This document shows positions 24,760 through 37,565 of a stretch of DNA of 64,000 bases, piece after piece. Position 1 is the stretch's first letter; each line of letters starts with the position of its first letter. Under the pieces are notes generated by a model. It had not been told where the DNA came from. It made no database searches and worked only from the letters and a program-made list of their open reading frames with translations. Source of the stretch: Euprymna scolopes (lineage: Eukaryota); NCBI GenBank assembly GCA_053919585.1, contig CM132788.1. One strand, written 5' to 3'. The translations under genes and the position numbers were made by a program.

Positions 24760-26797
24760 AGACAAGGCTGACGTAGAACTGATCAGAAAACATTTCGGCG
24801 ATTTCTGTCTGTTAAATGAGACAACTGAATAGGGCAAAGAATTAGATGCACATGTCCCCGCACGGAAGTATTAGAGCAAGCCTCACCCACCCCTACGGTT
24901 CACTACAGATTGAGCAGCTGCTATTGCATACTGACAGCTTTCGCCCCGCCGGCTCCTATATCATAAGTAAAGTGTAAATAGGCAGACATTTATAAATGCT
25001 AGAAATCATTGTACGAGATTAATAACCACAGCCAAAAGAAGACATGCCGAAATAACCAGGGAACGCATAGAATCGCAGAAGATAGGAACTAGCGATTTCT
25101 GGAATATTTTTAATAATATAGAGAATAATGGATAATTAATAATCCCCCACTGTCAAACAAACAAGTTGCATGCACGTAAACCAAAAAGTTGGAACTGCTT
25201 GCTCGGCGATTCACCTTAAACTCACACCTAGAGCCAATAAACACTTTCCTCACAGATTTCCATGTACGAAAGGAAACCAAAATTGATGATCAGAAAATCA
25301 CACCTTCACACGCCCACGATGTCATAATAAAATGTAGACACATACAAGGCATGTGGGCCTTATCTCATCACTGCTATACAAATTAAGAAAGGTTCAGTTG
25401 AGCTAGTACCTTGTACTTTCCAAACTCTACAACAGATGCTTTGCTGACTCCTGCTTCCCTAATAGCGGAGCGTTGGTCTCTGTACTAGCAGTGTACAAGG
25501 ATGCTGGCGAAAGAACCGCCACTCTCAATTATCATACTATAAGTCTTGTCCCCCTCTTCACTAAAATCTCCGAGACACTTTCAATCAAGCACTAGTCAAC
25601 CGCCTTGACTTTCTGATAAACAATACGGATTTAGGAAATGTCGTTCTACTGCAGATAGTTTAAGTTATGTCTGAACGCATATACCTAAGGTGTGCGAAGC
25701 AAGGGCTGTAGTCTTCGATATATCCAATGCCGTTGACAAAATCTGTCATGAAAGGCTGACCGTGAAAATCCAACCGTATGGTAGAACTGGACGAATATTA
25801 AATATACTTAGATCCTTCTTACAGAATAGGACCATCTCAGTTTTCATTGACGGACGCTTATGCAAGCAACATAATATTAATTCAGAAGCGACCCAGAGAT
25901 CAATTCTAGGGCGACTATTTTTCCTGATATTTATCAATGACCTGCTAATTCTGAGTCCGAGATGGGTATATTTTCTAATGATGCAACACTATAACATGCA
26001 TGAGGGATAAACGAATGTACACACATGCAAAACAATTGCTGCATCATTAGAAAATCACCTCCATATCGTAGTTGAATGGAAACGTGCATAGATGGTGACA
26101 TTTAATACTAGTAAGACAAAGCTGCTCTGCTATAACAATTTCAAGAAACCTAACAACCGATATCCATGACAACAACACCCTGCCTGAGAATTATTCCTGC
26201 AAACGCATCGGCTTAACATTCACAGAAAATATGATCTGGAATAAATAACTTGAAGACAATGAGAAGGCTGCTGAAAGGAAGGTGGCCTCCCTCTATCGTG
26301 CTAAATACTATTTACACCTAAGAGTATCCTGTACCTCAACAAGGCCACAATTCGCACATGTATGGCGTATTGTTGCCTCATCTGGGCTGGGCATCTACCA
26401 CTATTATCTTTCTCTTGGATATTGGATATGTCCCATCGCTGCAATGTTGCATAGTTGCGCCTGTTTTACAAGTATTTTAATGAAATGTGCTCTGATGAAC
26501 ACATTGCACTTGTGTACATATCCCAGACGAACCCTCCTAGCTACAAAATAAAACTCCTTCATTGTTGAGTTTCCTAAATATCAGAAAGTTTTCTACTCAC
26601 ATAGCTTCTTACATAGAGCAGCTGGACTTTGGAATTCTCTCTATGTTGCCTGCTTCCCAAACTGTACTGATATCTAGTAGTTGAAACGCAACATAAAGCA
26701 ACATCTTAACCTTTTTAAGCATTGTCCACATTAGTAGCCACTTACGTCCAAGTGGCAATATGGCTTGTTTGGTGTAAAGGTAAGTAAAAAACAAAAT
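24760..26797 (+). mobile_element. Decayed CR1/L2-group LINE, family B, long copy with RT core
   Basis: RT motif remnants occur in order: NYHTISL (NYRPISL), QYGFR, DISNAVDK (DISKAFDK), QRSILGRLFFLIFIND (PQGSILGP..) and FSND (FADD). Many stops and frameshifts. The 3' end matches the 17.9 kb copy and has an A-rich tail. Confidence 0.88.
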
Positions 26798-27190
26798 ACT
26801 TGTTCATACCTATTTGGCAACTTGTTTTTTTTTATTGAATCGTATGTGTTCAACTATTTATATGAACATGTAGTGTTATTTTATTCCAAGCTCGCGAAAA
26901 ATGTTTACTGACAATGGTATTATATTCCATGAACATAAACATAATGAAAATAACTGCGGGTGTGAGTTTTGTAGAATAAATTATAACTCCTTGTGTGTTC
27001 ATGAAATAAAACTTCTACTAGGGAAATATAAAGCATAAATCAAAGCTCATAAAAGACAATTGTAAACTATGGCATATCAAACACACCAGAATTGGGCTTT
27101 TTCCGTGTTGTGTTAGTAACTACATTCATAATAATTACTTGACTGGTGAATTAAGATTAGTAATAAAATGTATTTAAAGAAAACAAATTA

Positions 27191-28081
27191 CAGAGTGACA
27201 AAATAAAGATGTCACAACACTACAACTTTATTTAAAAACTTTTATTGAAAATATCAATTCAGGTAACTTGTATATATTGTAGAGATAGTACACATTTAAT
27301 GTCTTCAGCCTCAGTCACCGCCTCGATACGAGTCCGAAACTGTGTATGTCTTTTAAACAAACATTGGCGGGAGCTCGGCGAATACTTGACGGATGACGGC
27401 GATCATGCTGCCTTTGTTGTTGTTGAGAGGCCATGTTGGTGATATTCTCGACGTATGACTAAACGAAACATCCCAACAGGTTAAGGACAAATGAGGAGGA
27501 GGACCAGTGAGAGAAGGGTACGAAGGCGTAGCGCTATTTCAGAAGCAAAGTTTAGGTCTATTTTAACTTGTAAATCAGCGCCGAGTTCTGCTGCAAAACG
27601 TAGGGTCTTCCAGTGGCCACGTTATTGCACCAGGGGTCATGCCACACTTCAGCACATCAAGGTACACTTTGGAGTTGACTTTCAGGCTGACTTCGAGGAT
27701 GCGAGGTGACATGATGTGGCCCTCATTTGAAACTACACCAAAGGTCATAACCATGGACGGAATATGTATTTTCATTAGTCCTGGCACGTTTCTATTATTC
27801 CTGGCAGTCCAGTGATGCGTATTGAGGGTGTTGGTAATGATCGTGTTGTCATAATTAAAAACGGTAGAGAACATCGGATGTAAAGCGGCGCATCTCTAAT
27901 CTCGCTTGTTTAACATTGTATAAGTTTCAGACATGATAGCAGGTTGCTATCGCTATTAGAATTTGTAGACAACAAGCAAACTTTAAGATGGTTTGCAATA
28001 AAATAAGGAAAACGGTTTTTATCATATGGGAATTAAATAATATCGTCTTTTCTAAGGCGACAATTTTATCGTTTCTCCCTG
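27191..28081 (-). mobile_element. Decayed Tc1/mariner (maT-like, DD37D) element, copy 3
   Basis: Ends ta|cagagtg...ccctg; the right end matches the left TIR of the 48783 copy. Peptide VMTFGVVSNEGHIMSPRILEVSLKVNSKVYLDVLK. There are 37 codons between the positions of the 2nd and 3rd catalytic Asp. Confidence 0.88.
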
Positions 28082-30659
28082 AAATTACGATTTTAGCAAT
28101 GACATTTTTACAGAAATGTCAAATATTAGGTGCAGGTTTATTTATAGTAATTATAAGTAAGTTGCATGATATTATTTTTGTATTTGTTCTTTTTAGTCGT
28201 TCGATTTTTATGTTAATCTCGAAACGTTGTATAAAATAGATACTCAACATTAACTTTTATAAGTATATATAAATGTTATCATTTTTTTTTAATCGTGCAG
28301 ATAATTTCCCATTAATATTGCAAAAAAATATATGATCAAAGTGTATTTCCTAGACATAACCGTCTGTGCAACGCAATAGCCCGGAAGTGCTACACATCTG
28401 ACTATGTTTTTTTTGTTATTTTTCTTTTTGCTTTTTATGTGAGCAAGTTATTGTTTATTCGCTTTATAAAATAATTACAATTTATCAAAATGCTTACATT
28501 AGCAACCAACACGGTGTTGACATACAGGCTTCCTAATATTCATGAACTCGTGTCATTAAGTTGTTTTTAAGACTTGATGGGCGATGCCCCATAGTAAAGA
28601 ATGTAGAAAAGTGTATTATTAATCTTATTTAAATGGTTCATGTTTCTCTGTAACACAAATTGTATAACGCAAGGCTTTTTCTTAGTAAATATATGTCCTA
28701 ATGTACATGATTACGATGGTTGGCTATTCCCGGTCACTGTCGAAGTTTTATTTCATTATTTTTATGGGACGAAGATAATCTTACAAAGAACGTATAATAA
28801 GAGTTTAATTACAGAAGACTATCAATTATTGTTCTTGTGTATATAAATTTATTTTACTTGCGTTTTTTTTACCAAGTTATCAACATCATTAGTTAAACAT
28901 ACGCTGTATATAATGTGCTGTGAACATTGCGTATAGTATTCTGACATTATATGACCTGCAATGTGGTTTTACATCAGTAAAACACTTACATTGGAAAAGG
29001 ACAATCTATAATGATATTTCACACCTAAATGTGCACATCTGCACAACTTCTAAAACACAATATACAATCAAATACAACTAGATTGGTCTTAGAATGTTAG
29101 TTTAACTATTAGCGCCTCCATTTTATTGGGAACCTATAATATGTTCATATCAATGTTTCGTTTGCGTATATTTTGTGATCAGAGAATGCGTCATTTTACA
29201 CGGAGATGCTACACTGACATATACTAAAATTCGGGCTAAACTAATAAATTGGCAGGTAGAAACAGTGCTTCTTAAAACAGACGATTTTGGTCTCATCACT
29301 AAAACAAATTACATGTTGTTCTCAGGTCGTGTATTGAATATGTTGCGTGTTTTACAACGTTGAGTTATACAATACGCTGAATCAGAAAGTCTCTCGCATA
29401 TTTCGTGCTGATAGAATAGTATATATATTTCATAAAATGTGTCGTATGCAATTTAATCCCGGTGAAAATTCCATTTAATTTGTATATATTCTGTTCAGGA
29501 TTCAGGGTGTGTATGGAACTGTTGCTTAATACGCGGTGCATGCACACTTTGCAAAGCTCTTAATTCCAGGTCCTCGCAGTGTACCAATATTAAGCTTTTA
29601 TGAAAGATGAAAGTGAAAGGTGTTTCAAAAGGATTTATTTGGTTAACCATAATATTTCCGTATTTTTACATATATTTTTTGAGTAAAAATTCTTTACTAA
29701 AATACAATAATTGATCAATCTACAATATATTCTCTCCTGTTGTTTAACACTTCTTTCTAATGTTTAATTCGATGTGGTAAATATTATAATGCTAAACGAA
29801 AAAAAAAGATTAAATTAAAATAAATGAGGAAATAAAACAATATTGTAAGAATATTCATGTTTTTTTTTACCGTTGCACGAATACAAAATGAAGTTCAACG
29901 GAAAAAGTTGAATTCCGTAAAAACGTTTCCAAATATTAAAATTGTATTAAATAAAATAATTATAAAACAAACTCAAAGCCCCAACAACAAGTATAATATA
30001 TTCTAGTCTTTAAATAACCGACTGGCTAGGAATACATAACAAGAAGCCATTAAAGTAAGAACATGCGCCAACTCTACGGTGAAGAACACACGACCAGTTA
30101 TGTCTAATTCATACTAGTATGTTATTCTTTCTTCTTTCTGTCTTTCTTATCAAGAGCGTGCTTTAACAATTGATTCTTCAATCGCTGCGACAACTTGGAG
30201 TGCGCAAGAGAACCACCTGTTTGTTTGTGGCTTGTCACTTTCATCTCCTCAATAGAGTTTCGGTGTCTGCTCGTAATTGCACGAGTGACCACACCGCCAC
30301 ACTTCCAATACTAATAAAATGAACATACATCTTTCCTTCCTGTCTTTTTAAAATATAATCTTTTAATTAGACAATGGTAAATCNNNNNNNNNNNNNNNNN
30401 NNNNNNNNNNNNNNNNNNNNNNNNNNNNNNNNNNNNNNNNNNNNNNNNNNNNNNNNNNNNNNNNNNNNNNNNNNNNNNNNNNNNNNNNNNNNNNNNNNNN
30501 NNNNNNNNNNNNNNNNNNNNNNNNNNNNNNNNNNNNNNNNNNNNNNNNNNNNNNNNNNNNNNNNNNNNNNNNNNNNNNNNNNNNNNNNNNNNNNNNNNNN
30601 NNNNNNNGTTTTTCTCTTGTGTGGATTCACAATCATATTCAAAAGCCTCTTTTGTATTT

Positions 30660-31133
30660 ATTTGTGTTTATTTGCTTTCAAACCAAAGCAAAATGTGACA
30701 CGGGGTCGTTTTTAATGTGAGGTTAAACCAGCTCCGCGAAAAAATGAAAGAGAGGCACTCTGGTTGTGACCCCAAAATTATAATTGTCCTAGTATAGAGG
30801 GTTTCCCCTCCATTGACCAGGACACCTTGCCTTAAGTGCAGTATCTGCAGAACAGATAACACACTTTGATCCCGACCCAAAGGTCAAGCACAACAGGGTA
30901 TTTATTTGCTCCCCCACCGAGCAAATTAGGCACACGGCCGATTTTTAAAGTGAGGAGCGAAGATGGAACGGGGACCAACTCCCTGGGGAGTAGGGGAGCT
31001 TGATAGAGGCAATTAGTATGAAGGGTTGCCTCTACATTGACCAAGGTCTTATATGTGGGGCTGCTCCCACATATGGTCTTTGCTTTCAGTATCTGCCGAA
31101 ACAGATACTACATTTTGATCCCGGCCCGAAGCC
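30660..31133. repeat. Two diverged tandem copies (~240 bp) of a hairpin-rich SINE-like element
   Basis: Units ~30660-30897 and ~30898-31133 share blocks: tatttgct..gcaaa..cacgg..tttt(t)aa.gtgagg; tagtat.aggg tt.cc..cattgacca.g; cagtatctgc..aacagata; tttgatcccg.ccc.aag. Confidence 0.75.
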
Positions 31134-31159
31134 TTTTTTCTATTTATTTAATGTAATGT

Positions 31160-31900
31160 AGTTTTTACTGGATACTGTTAAAACAACTATCAATAAGAAT
31201 GTTTCCAATTTTGATAAACCCAAAGAGATTATAGTTAATAGATGTCCTGTGTACCTACGTCTACCTTGGCTAGGTAACATCAGTGACCGATTGGCTAAGC
31301 AAATTCCTTTGTCTGTGCAACGGTGTTATTTTGCATCGAACCAACGTATTGTTTTTTTTTTAAACTAGGCCTATGTTACCATCTATTTGCAAAGATCTTC
31401 AGCCCCACAACCATAATAATTCAATTATTTATTTATTTAAATGTAGTTGCAGTGCGCACTATGTTGTGCGAAATTCGCAAAGATTAGGTTTTCGTTTGAA
31501 ACAGCATGTACTTTCAAAGATTCGTTATGCAAATTTTTCACCCTCTGATATTCTGAGTAATACGTATGGTTCTGCGATTTGGGACCATCTGATAAATAAC
31601 CATGCGTGTGCTACGAATTTAAGTGATTACATGTTTACGATCCTTAGAAAGTCGCACTCTCCCTCTCATTTGAACATTTTAGAGACTCTTTTTATTAAGT
31701 CGTTGAGACCTTCTCTTTTCAAGCAAAAGAAAATCTTCTTTAACTTAATTTAGTCTCTATATCATTTTTGTCTCACTTATTTCATTTTGTTTCCTACCCC
31801 CGCCATATTCATGACTTGTTTTTGTTTGTTTTAATCGTATTTTCCCAGATTTAGCTTTGATAAGTAAGGAACAAAACCTGGTTAACTAACCTTTATTTTC
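31160..31900 (+). mobile_element. Penelope-like element 3' fragment (linker + GIY-YIG endonuclease + pLTR tail)
   Basis: RCPVYLRLPWLGNIS, then (frameshift) ORF 31373-31753 IIYLFKCSCSAHYV.R.SQRL..RLKQH...SAIWDHL...LNILETLFIKSLRPSL, a PLE GIY-YIG domain. A hammerhead-like motif follows at 31851-31889. Confidence 0.85.
31851..31889 (+). ncRNA. Degenerate minimal hammerhead ribozyme motif (U3:A8 core; G12 lost)
   Basis: ttagct-TTGATAA-gt-aagga-ac-AAAA-cctgg-TT-aactaa. Stem I is 5/6 bp. It lies in the PLE 3' tail. Confidence 0.5.
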
Positions 31901-32652
31901 ATTTTTTACTTTTTAAATTCATTATGTTTTTNNNNNNNNNNNNNNNNNNNNNNNNNNNNNNNNNNNNNNNNNNNNNNNNNNNNNNNNNNNNNNNNNNNNN
32001 NNNNNNNNNNNNNNNNNNNNNNNNNNNNNNNNNNNNNNNNNNNNNNNNNNNNNNNNNNNNNNNNNNNNNNNNNNNNNNNNNNNNNNNNNNNNNNNNNNNN
32101 NNNNNNNNNNNNNNNNNNNNNNNNNNNNNNNNNNNNNNNNNNNNNNNNNNNNNNNNNNNNNNNNNNNNNNNNNNNNNNNNNNNNNNNNNNNNNNNNNNNN
32201 NNNNNNNNNNNNNNNNNNNNNNNNNNNNNNGTATATGTTAAACAAATTTTGCCTACCAAACCCCTTCTATGGTTTTTGGTCTACAGACACGGAACTTCAT
32301 ATATAAGGTATTTTAAGCAATACAAATATATATTTGGGTTTTAGCTAAGAAAACTCGGTGCAAAAGTGTGAAAATTAGATAAAAATGAAATTTGGCAGGT
32401 AAAGGTCTAACGCAGGCATTACGAATGCATAACGCAGAAACTATTGGTTCATGTTTTAATTTTTAGTCGTGCAGTAAACATGTTTTCATAGCCCAGTCAT
32501 TGCTGGCAGAGGCAAAATAAATCGTTAACTGAACGTGTTGCTTTCGATTCTCGGTGGTGACGCATGAATCTTTTTAAAAATACTTTTTAAATCATTACTC
32601 TGTATTGCATCCAATCTATCTATCTATCTATCTATCTATATATATATATATA

Positions 32653-32798
32653 TCTATAAAAGTGAAAATGTATATCTGTCTTTTCTCTATGGTAGTAAAG
32701 GAAGGATATTATACAGGAAGGCATTACTTTGCATATTCACACTTTTTAATATATACATAATCACGTAACCTTACGAACAGTAAGCTGTGCGGATCTGG
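32653..32798 (+). mobile_element. Short non-autonomous Helitron-like element
   Basis: Starts A|TC (tctataaaagtgaaaatgt). Subterminal imperfect hairpin cgaacagt-aa-gctgtgcg. Ends CTGG|T (CTRR). No TSD. Confidence 0.5.
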
Positions 32799-32801
32799 TA
32801 A

Positions 32802-32866
<65 letters not shown>

Positions 32867-33012
32867 TTCATAATAAAATTATCTAACAATCAACTGGTAT
32901 GAAACCCTGTGATTATAGGTCTTACAAAATATTATTAGCAGTAACATTCTATAAGTACTAGCACATCTAGATAAAAATTGCTCGATATACAAGATAGAGC
33001 AAATAAATCAAC

Positions 33013-33270
33013 TTTTAGTCATTCAATAAATTTAAAAATTTATGACGTAAAATGATTAAATTTCAAATGAAAGATTTTTATTATTCTATTCGCTAATATT
33101 ATTTGCTAATATTTTCTACTCTGAAGAGATGGTAGGCATCGAAATACTATAGGATAAGGAGCTATAATATTTCAAATGTATTTTTTGTCTTACATAGGAT
33201 AATAAAATCTTTTGATTTGAAATTTAACCATTTCACCTGATGATTTTTTAAATTTATTGAATGACTAAAA
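33013..33270. mobile_element. Foldback PLE-tail remnant: ~77 bp inverted arms (33013-33089 / 33194-33270) enclosing a hammerhead
   Basis: ttttagtcattcaataaatttaaaaa...ttaaatttcaaat.aaagatttt.att.ctat is present as a reverse complement on the other side, about 80% identical by eye. Confidence 0.75.
33116..33161 (+). ncRNA. Minimal type-I hammerhead ribozyme, core intact
   Basis: ctact-CTGAAGA-gatg-gtagg-catc-GAAA-tactatagga-TA-aggag. Intact CUGANGA/GAAA/UH core, perfect 4 bp stem II, near-palindromic stem III, stem I 4/5 bp. Predicted cut after A33156. Confidence 0.75.
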
Positions 33271-33272
33271 TG

Positions 33273-33343
<71 letters not shown>

Positions 33344-33349
<6 letters not shown>

Positions 33350-33768
33350 GGTCAAAAAGTCAGGTAACATGTTAAATGTAGAAAAAACAATATGATCCAT
33401 TATAATCTCTATTCGTTTAATATTATTTGTTTAAATATTTGAGTGTAATATTAAACTACCCCTCCTGATTTCTGGTTTTGGGGCTATGTAAAGGATAGCG
33501 TTTATGGCAAGAAGCCTGATACAATAGCGTCTTTAAAGTTATTTATTGAAGAGGAGATTGCGCGGATATCAGCTGACATGATTACACGTGTTACACAATC
33601 AGTGGTTAATCGCTTCCAGCGATTGATAGAGAGAAATGGACGACAATTAACAAAATAAACATATTTCATGTTTGTTTCATTTTATATTTCAATGTATGGT
33701 ACTTTAATATACGTGTGTTGTTAATATCGTTTTTCTTTAAAATGTTACCTGACTTTTGGACCACCCTG
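33344..33768 (+). mobile_element. Tc1/mariner deletion derivative (rosa/DD41D-like) with ~27 bp TIRs inside (TA)n
   Basis: TIR agggtggtc(a/c)aaaagtcaggtaacat at both ends with TA flanks. 33461-33658 reads PPDFWFWGYVKDSVYGKKPDTIASLK...VVNRFQRLIERNGRQLTK* with no internal stop. Confidence 0.88.
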
Positions 33769-33774
33769 TATATA

Positions 33775-33815
<41 letters not shown>

Positions 33816-33929
33816 GGAGGATAAATAAATTGTTTTTAACTTTATATAAATTATCAATACATTAAGAAAATGACAATATAAAAATCTATACAGATGAATA
33901 CAGATTTATTCATTTATTCAATAACGATT

Positions 33930-35967
33930 ACTCCTCAATTGGAGCCGTATAGTGTGTAAACCTCTTTATTTCATGGTATTTTGAAGCTTAATCCTCATCA
34001 TCAGGATAGGAGAGAAGATACTAATTAGTAAGTAAACTAATTAAAGATAATGGGGATGCAATCCTTGCGATAGCTACATTATGTGCTTAGAAATTGTACA
34101 GTGAAAGATAACATTTCGAGGTAGTTTGATGATGAGGATATCGGAATTATCAATGTGTATTTACATTAAGTATACATTATTTGGAATAATTTATTTTATA
34201 AAATAATACCGGTGGAAGGATAAATTATAAAGTAAAAAAAATAATAATTTTCAGCGAAAAAAGACAAAGGATAAACAGGTGGTAGAGTAAGGGAATAAAA
34301 ATACAAAAGAATATAATATAAAAGATATATTTTAAAAAGTATGAAAAGCTACAACAATTATTGCATAATAATAAATGATAAGGGTATGAAAATACAAAGT
34401 TATTGAATATAACAGACTAAAAGTAGATATAAAATTGTATAAATAAAAAATATAAACAAGCAAGTAAATAGCGAAAGAAAAGAAAATGAAAATGCGACAG
34501 TAAGGAAAAAAATTTTTTAAATGGCTCAATTACCGAACAACTACTCTTTTACCCAGCAGGAATAGGTATTACTAAACCATACCATAGCCAATCCTTGGCG
34601 CACTGAACTCAACTACTCCCCCATATATATTAATCCTCCGAATATCTGTCAAACCATCCCACAACGCATATACATCGAACTTTCCTTCTTTGTCATAAAA
34701 CTAGAACCTCAAACCGCCTGCGAGATGCTTAAACTATCCATTTTTACCAAGAATCCTAAAGGAAGCAAAAAAAAAAAAAAAACTGGAAAATACTAAGAAA
34801 GTCTTGATCCAGATTCACAATTTTTCCTCCTCTTCAACGTAGCTACAAGAAAAATCAACGTTCTGAACTCTAAATCAGAAATAATATCAAGATGCATACA
34901 CAAACCGAAAAAATGATAAATATGGAAAAACTCTAAATTCTGCGATAAACTTCCTCCAACCTAGGACAAATATATGTGGCCTCTAAAATAAACCGTTCTA
35001 AATAAACCCTACCTGTCCCCCATTGCAATTCCTCTCAATTGCTATAAACGGTTGACCAACCTCTGTCACATGTCCCAAAATAGCACCCAATATCTGACAC
35101 TAGATATATAACACCTCCTCTTTTAAGAGAATCAACCTGGAAACTCTTGCCCATCAATACAACCTCTACTTTACCTTATTTCTCACTAAACCTCAGTTAT
35201 AAAGAATGTTCCCCATCGCACTCTCCGTCAGTGACTTTATTGTTAATAATAAAATAAAAAATATCACAAGAACATACTCAGAACACCCCTGAATGCACCT
35301 TCCCCTCTACTTGACCGATCTAATTATCTTGCAACCATCTCATCCATACCAATGTTGATATACAATAGTAACGAAATATTCTTCTTTTTTTTAAATATAT
35401 TTATCATCACTTATAAATTTTTCCCCAATACGCTCTCAGACATCTTTTTCTCATAGCCCTTTATTTTCTTCACTTCAGGCAATAATTACCATGTATCTGT
35501 ACCGCCGCCTCATCCCTTAATGAATCATTATATCTGTCAACACCATATTTGCTCCACTTTCTAGAATTTAACTCTCCCCTACAAAAAAAACTCTATAATA
35601 CTCCACATCTTTATACAAATTTTATATTAAATCTTAATAAATTTGGCCTGTTATAACTTGATATATTCTTAATTACAGCAGAGAATCTCACAGTTACTTC
35701 CTAAGATTTATAACCCTAATATAAACTTTCAAAAACTAACCACTTCCCACTGTTAACGTGCCAAACGTCTAAGATCCATCGCCTCTCTTTCCCATGGCTT
35801 TTAGCATATATATTTTCCCCTACTTCTCCCTCATCACTTTGTACCTAATCGTTACTCAGCAACTGATATTTTACATTCCTGTTTCTTTTGAACACTGGTC
35901 TACAATTACAGTAGTGCCCTGTATACAGCATTAAACATTTGCAACAAAATACAGTATAGTGGATAAT

Positions 35968-36004
<37 letters not shown>

Positions 36005-37260
36005 CAAATAACATTATAAATAACATCGTAAGGTAAGGCGAATACCGTAACCAGGGTCCGGAAAAACATTGTACATAAAACTGTACCTAACTCTTTTTTT
36101 ATTTCAGTCTGGAACTATGCTACAATTATATTTCCAACATTTTAACATTCATTTATATAAACAACAATTATTCCTCGAAGTAATCATATCATCTGTTGTG
36201 TGGGTCTTTAATACACACCTAACACAAGTAAACTCAGAAGTACTTATATCATCCACCACAGACCAACGTAGTTTAATTCCGGACGAGAGACATTTGGAAT
36301 CACAAACTACACCTTGTATAAAAATGCCGATTCAAACCATTTCCTCACGAAAATGTTGAGGTGGTATCCATCATTTTATTCTCATTCCACCTTTAACATT
36401 TTAAAAATTTAAAAATTCCCTTATCACCAACCACAACACATTACATTAACAACGCTGGATACCATCTCAAACCCTTTGTTTTTAAGAATTTTCTCCTACT
36501 ATATATCTGTCCTTAATGTCGTATATTTATTTTTATTTTAGTACGATTTTTTTACTTCAGTTTTTATATTTTTATACATATATTTTTTGCATAAACTATT
36601 TATTATTAATTATAAAATAACATGGTATTTCGTACATCTTTATTATTCATTATTATTTTAAAATTTATATATATATCTGTATACTTTTCCTATATTCCTT
36701 TGTATTGTTATCCCTTATTCTATCGTGTATTTATCCTCTAAATTATTCATTGAAAAAATGTTTGTATTACATCCTTTATAATTTATCCTCTCACTTTTAT
36801 TAATAATTGTATTAAATACATTATTATTAATTTATTGAATACGTCATTTAAATACAAAGTTATAATTTCGCTATCCCCATTAAAATATAGGGATCTAGCA
36901 TAAATCACCTATTTCAAGTAAGCCTCTTCCAAAATTATAACCCATTAATACATACGCTTCAATAAGCGTCCTATTTCAATCCTTGACTATGTATTCATCT
37001 CGAAAGCTTGGTTACGCATATAGCACACATATATCTGTAGCTCACCATGCCAGATATGTTTTACACCTAATTTCATTATATAATCAAGCTATATTCCTTT
37101 CGTTGTCCTATTCCCTATCCACATTGTCTCAATATTTTATCTATCACCGCACACTTATTTCGTTTCTACTGTAACTGTCACTATACATTACACCCCTTTT
37201 ATATTAAATAGCATCCTCTCAACTTTTCTTATGAAAAACCTAAGTATAAAGAGTTTTATT
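33930..37260 (-). mobile_element. Heavily decayed Penelope-like element region with inverted pLTR-like arms
   Basis: ~33930-34330 and ~36660-37260 are diverged inverted copies. The minus strand of ~34930-35940 keeps weak RT motif echoes (GTTVIVD, Y.RPKFIK, LLYINI, SAMGN). The plus strand near 34863 reads LNSKSEIISRCIHK, a GIY-YIG C-terminus. Confidence 0.5.
33961..34010 (-). ncRNA. Degenerate minimal hammerhead motif (G12 lost)
   Basis: Minus strand: cctatc-CTGATGA-t-gagg-attaag-cttc-AAAA-taccatgaaa-TA-aagagg. Stem II pairs; stem III is an eroded palindrome. Confidence 0.55.
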
Positions 37261-37268
37261 TATGGTAC

Positions 37269-37517
37269 ACTAGGTGTATTAGAATCAGTCATTAAAATTG
37301 CGTGATAAGAACTTTAATAATTCAACTAACTATATTTCGAAGCTTATAACTACTTGAAAAATGTAATTCAAACGAAAATTCATTTTCAATTAAAGGAGCA
37401 AAGACCAAATTAAAAAAATAACAGAAATAGCAAATTATGCGATATTTGTTTTTTAAATCAGTGTTCTATAAAAACGATTTAAAGAAAATCAACGAAATTT
37501 TACTTACTTCGATTGTA

Positions 37518-37565
<48 letters not shown>

